Part shown: positions 8,797 to 20,700 of the stretch, in pieces
Numbering within the stretch: position 1 is the stretch's first letter
Layout: each line of letters starts with the position of its first letter
IMG/VR virus record: IMGVR_UViG_3300005056_000004
Length of the DNA stretch: 48,053 bases
Source: a virus
Reading direction: 5' to 3' (one strand)
The notes under the pieces: generated by a model
Databases searched by the model: none
Told to the model about the DNA's origin: nothing
The model's input: the letters and a program-made list of their open reading frames with translations, nothing else
Translations under genes and position numbers: made by a program

Positions 8797-11700
8797 ATGC
8801 CATCTCCAACAAACAAGTTTTTAACACAGATGAGAGAAGAATATCCTGAGTATGTTGATGTTGATGATACTACACTAGCTAAGGCTTACGGAAAAAAGCA
8901 CTATGCTTACTTAGAAGAAGATGTGTTTCTTGAGAAAGTAGGTCTTCACCAAAGTACTCTACTTGATGATGCTATAGACCTAGTAACTCCTACTGAAAAA
9001 CCATTCACACAAGATAACAATACAACTGAACCATCTCTCCACGATGCTATAGCTCCAAATGTTAATGGTAGTATGCCAGCTACTACAAAAGAACAAGAGA
9101 AGCCTTTTAGCGTTTCATCTCCTGCATTTACTCAAAGTGAAGATCTCACAACAACAATGACATCATCTCAAATGAAAGACTCTATAGCTAACGAAACGAG
9201 CCTACTGCTTGGTGAGGGAAAAGACTTTGAAAATCCTGACAGAGAGGATTATGAACTTGGTAAAAGAGTAGTTAATGCTACAAACAAAAGTACCTCTGGT
9301 ATGGCTAAGGGTCTTTTTCGCGTTATGGGTTCTACTGCATACACTCTCATTAGACCTTTTTCACAAGAGACTGCTACAAACATATATGAATCATACATGG
9401 GTTCTGCAAAGAAAATATCTGAGTATGTATATGAAGATAACAAGTTTGATGTAAAAAGTACTCACACTCCGAACTCTATAAAAGAAGCTGTTAAGGCTGG
9501 TGGAATATTTGATATAGACACAGTTCAAGAAGTGCTACTGTATGGCTTAGACACTACCATAGAATCTGTTCCAGATATGGCAGAGATAGCTACAATGTTC
9601 CCTGCTTATGTTCTCGGAAAGGCTGAAAACAGTGCTTTAGAGAGAGCAAAAAACGATGGAAGAAAAGAAGCGACTAATGAGGACTTTTTAAGAGTTTTAC
9701 CCACTGCGACTACGAGTGCTCTACTTGATAAAATGGGGTTAGAAGCTACAACAAGTAAAATATTTAACGATCTTGTGAAAACTACAGCAGCAGGCGGTAT
9801 AAAAGCAGCTTCAATAGAGATAACTAAAAAAGTGAGAAACGGTACACTTACTGAAGCTGTTACAGAAGCAGGACAAACTGTTATTGATAAGATGGGTGAA
9901 GAGATAGGAACCAAGAGTGGGCTAAGTTCAGTTGATAAGTATGCAGAAGAAGCAGCTTGGGCTTCACTAGCTGGCGGTATCGGTGGTGGCGCTATGAGTG
10001 GAACTACTGCGACAGGTACTATAATCTTTAACGAGTACTCAAAAGCTGATAAAGAAGCACAGAGAGAAGCTTACATACAAGACTCTTACAACAAGCAGAT
10101 GCTAGGGAGTTCTTCTTTAACATCTAGCATAGATGACAATAGATACGTAGTCTTTAAAAACAATCTTGATACAAAAGTAAAAAATATACAGACAGAGTTT
10201 CAAAACTTAGTGATAAACAATCCAGGCTTAGCAGTTCCAGTAGAAGCTGTTAATGATATAGCAGTTCAAAAAGCAGTAGTGCAAACTGCTAAAGAAGATG
10301 GACTCAATGTAAGTGATAATAATGGGCTCAATGCAATAGATGCTGGGTTTAAAGAGCTAGAAGCAGAGATAGGAACTCTTGATGAAGAGATGACTCCTAA
10401 GGGTAGTGAAGTTGTTAATGTTGAGCCTATACCAATAGTTAAAACTCCTATAGATACTGCAAGACTTACACAACTGCAAGAGACTCCAGCGGATGAACTC
10501 ACGGTTGATGAGCAGTTTGAATTAGAAGATTTACAAATAGAAGAACAACAAATCCAAAAGTTAGGAAATGATGAAACTGCTCTTGTAGATGCAAACTCTA
10601 AACTTTTTCAAGCAAACAAGAGTGAAGAAGCTAAAATAAAAAGCCTTGGTAAAGATGAAATAGCAAGTGATGAACTTACTGCACTCATAAAAGATGGTTT
10701 TACTTTTGTAAAAAAAGGTGACTCATTTGAGAATACGACTACAAGTATAGGCGATAGATACATTAAATATGATGAGCAAGGTAATAAACTCACAAAGTAC
10801 TCTACTGGAGATATGGAAGTCGAATACAGTGATGGAGAGTCTGTTATGTTACACCCTGATGGAACACATACATCATCTTTAGGCTTTGGAGGTGGCATTA
10901 CAACTGCACAAGATGGAACTCTTCTAAGTGATGAGGAAGCTATTTTAGATGAAGTAAAAAGTCGATTTATCACAAACAACAATTCAATAAAAACTATTCA
11001 AGTAAAAGTACCGACTATAGACGAAGCACGAGACAAACAAAGAGAGTCTAAAAAATCTGCACCGACTCACATAAGTGAGCAGTTAGCACTTAATGAAAAA
11101 CTTTATGCAAATGATGAGACAGCACTTGCAGATGCAAATGCTAAACTTTTTCAAGCAAACAAGAGTGAAGAAGCTAAAATAAAAAGCCTTGGCAAAGATG
11201 AAATAAAAAGACTTGATGATGAGTACTTTACTGAGAAATATAGTGATGTGGAAGTACAAAGAGCTTATGACTTTTTACCTACCGCTACAAAACAGAGTTC
11301 AGCAGTTCAAGCTTCACTAGACTTTGCTGGAACTCAAAACCCTCTCTTTAATACAAAGGGAAGTGAAGAGTATATAGTTCCAACATGGGCGAAAGACATA
11401 GTGAGCGATACACTTAGATATGATGATATAATTACAGCTGTTACGGATGCTAAGAATGGTAATCCTACAGATACTTCTTTTAGAGTTATGGATGCACTTC
11501 ATAAGGCTGGTGACCCTCACTTAGAAAATGAGATTAAGAGATTTGATGAACTATCTCAAAGATGGGATTTAAATGAGTTAGAAGAAGCAGAACAATCAGA
11601 ACTTGCAAAAGTTTTAGACAAACACTTAACAGGAGTAGAAGATGGCACAATCACAAGAGCAGAAGAATCGACAAGAGCTACACAAGATGAAACCGCAGAT

Positions 11701-14700
11701 AATGAAGTTGTACAAGCAGTTACAGAGCAAGGGTTACAGCAAACAAGAAGCACAAAAGAGAGTGATAGAAGTCTACCCGATAGCTTCGCAGCTCAAAAAC
11801 CTTTAGTCTTTGATACTGCAAAAGTATATGACACAAGAGGAATAAATCACGAAAACCCTCACAATAAACTCTCTGAAATAATTAAAAAAGATGTAGCAAG
11901 ATATGTAAGTCAGTTGGCTAAAAATCTTGGTTATGATTTTGAGATAGATAAGAAAGGTAAGAAAAAAACTTTTAATGGAGTAAATAATAATATTGCAGTA
12001 GTTGGTGGTAGTATAAGCTTCAAGCTTTTTAAACCAAATAGTGATGCTGGGATATATGTGAGCCTTAACTATGACTCCTCTATGACTGATGATGGAAGAT
12101 ATGATACTTATTTTTTAAATGATAAAAGCTTAGGACATTTCTTTAGAACAATAAATGGAATAGATGATCATACAGGTGGAAAAAACAATTGGTTTAAAAC
12201 CGAGGACCTAACAAGTGATACTTTTGTAAATAAAATAATATCTTTAGTTGAAGCACAAGAAAAACGAGATAGTGATATAATAAATAAAGAGGTAAAAGAA
12301 GATGAAAAACTTGAACAACCAACAGAAAGAGATGATGGACGAGATATACTCGAAACCTTATCAACAGTGGATGATGGGAAAAGTTCGGGACAATCTCGAA
12401 GAGTTCAACCCGACTCTATACAAGGAACTGATAGCAAAAGCCAAAAACAAAGCATTGCACCACTACCAGATACAACAGGTAGACAAAGCAACTCAGATGA
12501 TGGAAGAGTTAGTGATGAGCGATTATCAGCTTCACGAAGCGAAGTCGATGGCGGAGAGGGAACACATTCTACAGTTTCAAGATTAGAAGAGACAGCAGAT
12601 AACTTTGAAATAGAAGATGCCCTGGGAAAAGGTGGTCTTAAAACTAAGTTTAAAACAAATATTGAAGCTATAAAAATAGTTAAAAAAATCCAAACAAAAA
12701 ACTATAAACCTACCAAAGCAGAAAAAACAATCCTCTCTCAGTATGTTGGATGGGGTGGACTCGCTAATGCCTTTGTTCGACCCAACGGTTCAATAACTAA
12801 GGGATGGGAAAAAGAGTCTAAAGAACTTAAAGAGTTACTTAGCGATGATGAGTACAAAGAAGCTAAGGCTTCAACTCTTAATGCTCACTACACAAGCAAA
12901 GAGATAGTTGATGCTATCTGGAGCGGTGTCAAACAGTTTGGCTTTAAGGGTGGAAAAGTTTTAGAACCATCTGTAGGCGTTGGTAATTTTTTCGGTATGA
13001 TGCCAACTTCTCTTAAAAGTTCTACAAAGCTGTATGGCGTTGAACTTGATGGAATAACTTCTACTATAGCTCAAACACTCTATCCAAAAGCTACTATACA
13101 AAACAAGGGTTTTCAAGATGTAGAACTGAGCAATGACTTCTCTTTAGTCATAGGAAACCCTCCTTTTGGTTCTGTAAAACTTTTTGATAAAAACAACAAA
13201 CACTTAAAAGATATGTCAATACATAACTACTTCTTTGCTAAAAGCATGGATGCACTTGAAGAGGGAGGAATCCTTGCTATGGTTGTGAGCAATGGCTTAA
13301 TGGATGCAAGTAGCAGTGCTACAAGAGAGTATCTTGGAAGTAAAGCAAATCTTCTTGGAGCTATCCGACTTCCAAACAACGCCTTTAGTAAAAATGCAAA
13401 CACGGAAGTGACAACAGACATCATCTTCTTACAAAAAAGATATAAAAGTCAAGAATCAAACATAGATACATGGAGAGATATAGGAGAGATAAACGACACT
13501 CCTTTAAATCAATACTTTGTAAACAATGAAGCTATGATGCTTGGTAAGTGGGGGAAATATGGCTCTATGTATAGAGGGGATATGCCTGCTCTTGTTGCCT
13601 TTGAGGGTTCAACTAATACAGCAGGAATGCTTTTACCTGATGCACTTAAATCACTACCTTCAAACATAGTCACTCACGAGACTATCATAAAAGAGAACAC
13701 AAGCGAAGCTACATTTAGCGGTGATGTTTCCAAGGTAAGAGTCGGTGCTATGTATGTAAGTGATGGATATATATACAAGAGAGAACTAGATGTAGATGGA
13801 GAGCCACAAGTAAGGGAAGTTACTACAAAGCTAAACTCTAAAAATAAGATAGTAGAATATAAGCCTGCCGAGCTTTTAAAGATAAAAGGTATGATAGAAG
13901 TTGTATCAGTTGCAGATGAACTTAGAGTACTTCAACTTAATAACAGAGCAACTGATAAAGATTTAGCAAGAGCAAGAAAAGCTTTAAATAAGAGCTATGA
14001 AGCCTTTACTACAAAACACAAGTTTTTAAATAATGCTACAAACAAGAAGCTTTTTGAAGATGATGTGCGAAGTCCTTTTTTACTTGCACTTGAAAAACAT
14101 TATGATAAAGGTGTGAGTGCAGCAGTTGCTAAAAAAAGTGGGGAACTTGTCAAAAAAGAGTCTGCTGTTAAAGCAGATATATTTACTAAAAGAACTCAGA
14201 ACCCTTATGCCAGACCTACCAAAGCAGATAGTGAGCAGGATGCTCTTACTGTTAGTCTAAGTGAATATGGCTCTATTAACCTTGGATATATGCAAGAGCT
14301 TACCGCTAAAAGCGAAGCGGAGTTAATCTCTGCACTTGATGGATTTATGTATGATGATGTTGATGCTGGATGGGTAACTAAAGAGGAGTACTTAAGTGGA
14401 AATGTAAAAGAGAAGTTTGCACTCACGGATAATGTTAAGTACAAAAAAGCACTTCAAGAAGTGATACCAAAAGACATAGAAGCTATGGATATATCCATAA
14501 CACTTGGTGCTGGATGGGTTCCTAAAGATATTATGGCTGATTTTGTTGAGTTTATAACCGGTGATGATGCAGCAAAAGTAACTCTTACACCTCACAATGC
14601 TAGATGGACAATAAGTGCAAGAGTTACAAGTGCTAAAGCTTCGCAATGGGGTACTAAAAGAAGAACTGCTACGGAGATACTAGAGCAGACTATGAATCTT

Positions 14701-17700
14701 AAACAGATGAAAGTGCAAGACAATCACGGTACATCTTCTCAACCACAACTCGTTACAAACATAGATGAGACAACAGCGGTCCAAGAGAAACAAGAGGTTT
14801 TAAAAGAGGAGTTTAAAGAGTGGATTTTTAAAACAGCAGATAGAAGAACTGAGCTTGCAGAGATATATAATAGAGAGTTTAATACTAAGACTCTCCGTGA
14901 ATACGATGGTTCACATATAAACTTCGTAGGTAAGTCTGAGATGATAAACTTACGACAGCACCAAAAAAATGGAGTATGGAGAATGTTGCAAGGCGGTACG
15001 GTTCTCTTTGACCATACCGTAGGAACAGGGAAAACTTTTACAGCCATAGCTGGCGTAATGGAGCTAAGAAGAACAGGTAAAGCAAATAAGCCTTTAGTAG
15101 TTGTACCTAACCACTTAACTTCGCAATGGGGTAAAGAGTGGATGGAGTTATATCCAAATGCAAATATACTTGTACCAACGAAGGCAGACTTTAGTGCTGC
15201 AAGAAGAAAACTACTTATGAGTAAAATAGCTACTGGAGACTATGATGCGATAATTATAGCTCACTCTCAACTTACTTCTATCCAAAACGACCCTGAGTTT
15301 GAGACAAGCTTTATAGAAGATGAGATAACGAGAATCCAAACTTCTATAGATATGCTCAAAGAAGAAGATGGGAAAAGCAGAAGTGTTAAAAATGCAGAGG
15401 ACTCTAAGGCAAAACTAGAAGAGAGAATAAAAAAACTAAACGATATGCAAAGAGATGATAATCTTAACTTTGCAGAACTCGGCATAGATGCTCTCATCCT
15501 TGATGAGGCACATGAGTTTAAAAATCTTACTTACACTACTGGACTTCAAGGAGTAGCTGGACTTGGAAACCCTAAGGGGAGCAAAAAAGCTTTTGACCTT
15601 TTCATAAAGACTCAAAATATTTTAGAGAAGACTAATGGGAACAATGTAGTGTTTTTAACAGGGACACCCATCTCTAACACTATTGCTGAGATGTTTACAA
15701 TACAGAGATACTTAGACTATAGTGGACTTCAAGATAAAAATCTTGATGTGTTTGATGCTTGGGTAAAGCAGTATGCTGAGATAGTAAGTGACTGGGAGCT
15801 TAGTCCTAGTGGGAAGTATAAACTCAACACCCGCCTTAGAAAGTTTAATAATATGCCTGAACTTATAACAGAGTATAAACAGTTTGGCGATGTTGTTACA
15901 AGAGAAGATATACCGGCACTTCCAATCCCTCTGATAAAAGGCGGTCGTGCTGCAAACATAGTAGTTGAGAGAAGTGATGCACAAGCTGCATACATAGGAG
16001 TAGCAGATAAAAAGGGTAAATATCCTGAGGACTCTTTAGTTTACAGAAGTGAACATTTGCCAAAAGGTAAGCCAAAAAAAGGGGATGACAATATGCTCTC
16101 GATCATGGGGCTTGCTAGAAAAGTAGCACTCGACATGAGACTCATAGACCCTAGTTATGAAGATAACCCTGATAGCAAAGTGAATCTTACAGTTAAAAAC
16201 ACTTTTGAAATTTATAAGATGTGGAACGCTAAAAAAGGTACACAGTTAATCTTTTGTGATTTAAGTACACCTAAGGGTGCAGTAGCAAAAGAGAAAGCGA
16301 AGATAGAAGCACTTATAAAAAATGCAGAGAGTGCAGATGAAAACGTAGCAGAAAAAGCACAAGCTGAACTTGATAAACTTAACCCTGACGACATAGATGC
16401 TCTTAACTCAAAGTTTAGCGTTTATGATGACATCAAAGCAAAGCTAATAGCTAAGGGGATAAAAGAGAGTGAGGTCGTGTTTATTCACGATGCAAAAACT
16501 GACTTGCAAAAGCAAGAACTTTTTGCAAAAGTGAAGAGTGGAAAGATAAGAGTGCTGATAGGTTCAACTTCAAAGATGGGTTCAGGCATGAATGTTCAAG
16601 ATAAACTTGTAGCACTGCATCATATAGATGTACCTTGGAGACCATCAGACCTAGAGCAGAGAGAGGGTAGAATAATCAGACAGGGGAATGAGTTTTTTAA
16701 ATCTGACCCAGAAGGTTTTGAAGTAGAGATATTTCGTTATGCTACTAAAAACACACTTGACAGTATGATGTGGCAGACCATAGAAGCCAAGGCAAACTTC
16801 ATAGCACAGTTAAGAGCTGGGAATCTACTTGATAGAGAAGTAGAAGATGTCAGCGGTGAAGCTATAAACGCGGCAGAGATGAAAGCTATGAGTAGCGGAA
16901 ATCCTCTAGTATTTGAAGATATGAAACTTAAAAAAGATATAAAAAAGATGGAAGCTCTCAAAAAGTCTCATGACAGAAATCAGTATGATTTAGAGGACAA
17001 GATAAAAAAATCTACTACACTGCTAAGTGAGAGTAAATCTATTTTAGATGCTTATGCTCTTGATGCTAAGTTGTCAAAAAAACTTCCTAAAAAGTTTATT
17101 ATGAACATAAATAAAAAAGAGTATGAAAGCAGAGAAGACGCTGGTAAAGAGATACTACACATCATGCTTAAAACTCCAGAGAGAACTTCTAAGCTTATAG
17201 GTGAGATAGGTGGGTTTAAAGTTTATGTTGAGACTACAGGTAAAGGTTTGAGTCTTAGTGATACAGGGATAGTTACTCTTAGTGGGTCACAAGATTATGA
17301 GTTTAGCTTCAACATGGAAGATCAGAGCTATAGCGGACTTACTCTCAAGCTGGAAAACACAATCAAAAACATAGCTACTAAGATGCAAGAAAAAGAGTTG
17401 GATACAGAGTATGTTAAAGAGCAACTACCACAGCTTAAAGAACAGGTAGGAGAGTTTAAAAACTCTAATAAGCTTGATGAGTTAAGACTAAGACAAAAAG
17501 AAGTATTAGCAGAACTTAGAAAAAAAGATGATGAGCCAACAGATACAGTTGATGAGATGAGCACCGGTGAAGTTTTAGAAATGATAGAGACTTTAGAGGG
17601 TAGAGCAAATGAGAGTTTTATGAAAGTACCTACAAAAAAAGAGGTTAAAGATACAGCTGCAAATAATCACTACTCACGAGTGAATGGTTTTGATGAAGCC

Positions 17701-20700
17701 GGTGTAAACTATGTACCTACTTACAAAACAAGTGGACTTCCTCATAGACCAGCAACAGGAACTATAAGCATAGGCAACAAAGAAGTGTCACTTCCTACTT
17801 ATGAGAAAGCAATGAATGCTGATACTATCAGAGTTTATCTTAGTGAAATTATTGGTAATCGTTTGTATCAAGCCAAGCTAAAAAATAAAAGTGCTTTAGG
17901 AAAGTACAAGAGAGATGACAGTGCAATTCGTGTAAAGAACTATAGCGATATTGAAGTAATGGCTCACGAGATGGCTCACTACTTAGACTTTTTTCATAAC
18001 AACAAGAGTAAAGCTGCTCCTGATAGTTTCTTTAGAAGAGAGATACTAAAAAACAAAGAAGAGATAAAAGCTCTTAGCTACACTACAGACCCTAAAAATG
18101 TAATCAGCGAGGGATTTGCTGAGTTTACTCGTTTGTGGCTTACAAACTACAACAGCTTAACTCTTGTAGCCCCTAACATGATAAAAGATTTTGAAGCTAA
18201 ACTCTCTAAAGATAAAGAGCTAAATAAGAAAATGACACTACTTCAAGAGTCTATGCACCAATACTACTATCAAGGTGCTGGCGTTGCTAAGTATGTGGGT
18301 GGAGAGCTTACTCCTACTGCAAAGAAGATACAGAGAAGTCAAGCAGAGATAGGTAAAAACTTTCGCCAAAAGTCTATAGATAGAATCCACTCTATCAAAA
18401 GAATAGAAGCTGAGATAAAAGGTGATGTCGCAGTAAATGCTAGAGATAGTGCTTATAAATCTTTACAGCTTGTAAATGGATATAGCTCTATTATGTATAG
18501 CGCTATGAACATAGGGACACCGACTGTAAATGTAGATGGAGATATCTCTTACAGTGGAAAATCTTTAAATGATATATTTGCTCCTGCTACTACTGTAGAT
18601 GAAAACAGAGTGAAGCTTATGGAGAACTACTTTGTAGCGAGACGTGCTAACGAACTCATGGAACAAGGTCGTGAGAACTTAATCACTCAAGAAGATATAG
18701 ATGCAGACTTAGGACTTGCAGAGATATATCCAGAGTTTGAGACAATCTTTACAGAGTATCAAGAGTTTAACGATGCAATGCTAGACTTCTATGTAGATAT
18801 GAATCTCATCACAAGTTCACAAAGAGAGAACTTCCAAGAGATGAATAAAGACTATGTACCCTTTCATAGAATCAACGAAAGCGTTCAATACGATGGTGTG
18901 GCGACTTCAAAAATAGGGCAAAGGCTTACAGGTGGCACATCATCTTTAAACTCTATCATGGAGAACATTATCAATGGTGTTGAGAGTAACATCAAAGAGG
19001 CTTTAATTTCCCGAGGGAAATCTATGTTTTATGAAATGCTTGAAGAGAGTGGCATGGGTGGCGTTTATGCGACTAAAGTTTCGGCTGATAGTAAAGTAGT
19101 ACAAGACAACTTAAAGGACCAAGCGAAAAAGGTAGCTACTGTTATGGCTATGATGGATATAGCTGTTTCTAAAGATGGAATGATACTTAGTGGAAAAAGT
19201 GATGCAACAGAGATTTATGATGTAAGCGAGATAGAAGAGAATCTTCTTACTAATCCTAAAACGATGGAAGTATGGACTCATGGACACCCTCCAACTTCTG
19301 CTGATGGCTATATAGATAGTGTAATCATAAATGATAAAGTAGTTTACTTTGAAACTAAAGATATAGGGATTGTTGATGCTATGACTTCTTTTAGTGGTTC
19401 TCACTATGGAACAGTCGTAAGTGGTTTAATGTGGATGAAAAATGTAATGACATGGAACATTACAAATAATCCTCTCTTTTATCTTACAAACTTTGTTCGT
19501 GATACGGTTAGTGCATCTGTCTTATCTAAAAATGGATTTATACCTGTGATAACTTCACTCAATGGAACATATCACTTTATCACTCGTTCTAAAACATATA
19601 AAGAGTTTATGGCTAGTGGTGCTGGTTATGGAACGAGAAGAACATCTTTAGGTGGAGACATAGAAGCTATGAAGATGCTCAATGTAAAAAGAAGTCTCTC
19701 TGTTCTTGATAGAGTTGTAGATGCTTTAGAGTACGGTGCTGATATGTTTGAGTATGGTACTCGTGTTGGAGAGTTTAAACTAGCACAAAACTCTGGAAAA
19801 AGTAACACTCAGTCTGCATTTGAAGCTAGAGAGATAAGTACTGACTTTGCTATCAAAGGTAGTGATAAAACTATAAGTGGGTTTATGTCAACTGTTCCTT
19901 TTATGAAAGCTGCAATACTTGGACTTGATAAAACTGCTCGTAGGATATTTTCTCTTAATGGAGAGATGAAAGTTAGTAATGCTTTAAAATTCAGAAATCA
20001 ATTAGGAGAGCTGCAAACTCATAAGTTGAAAATATATGCTACTGGTGGGATGATGGCTGGTCTTACTCTCGCCCTTTGGTTTAACAATAAAGACGATGAG
20101 AGATACAAGAGACTTACTCGTGATGCTAAGATGATGTACTGGCACTTCTTTATAGGAGAGAAACATATAAAAGTTCCTCGTCCTTATGATATAGGATTTG
20201 TGTTTTCAACTGTACCTGAGCTAATGGCTGATGCAATTTACACTAAAGAGGGAAAAGAAGCTGCTAAAGATTTTGCTTGGGGTGTTAAGAATATGTTTAG
20301 CATTGGAGATATTAGTGGACTGTTCCAGCCTATACTTGATGATATGACTAACACAAATTGGACTGGCTCACCTATAGTTCCTGCTCGTATGCAAAACCTT
20401 GATGATTTGAGTGATCAGTATATGAACTCCACTCCACTTGTATATAAAATGTTTGGAAAAATTACTGGAGCGAGTCCAATAATGACTAAGCATTATGTAA
20501 ATGGTTACTTAGGTTTAACTGCTCGCATGATGGAAGAGGTTACTGAAAATATACTTTGGAACTCTAAAGAGTGGGGAGCAAGACCTTTTAGTAAAAATGC
20601 TGCTGAGTTTATGGTGTCGCGTTTTGTAGCAAAAGAGCAACCATCTCGTACTATTTATAGTGAGAAGTATTATGAGTTAGTGAAAAAAGCAAGTGCTGTT

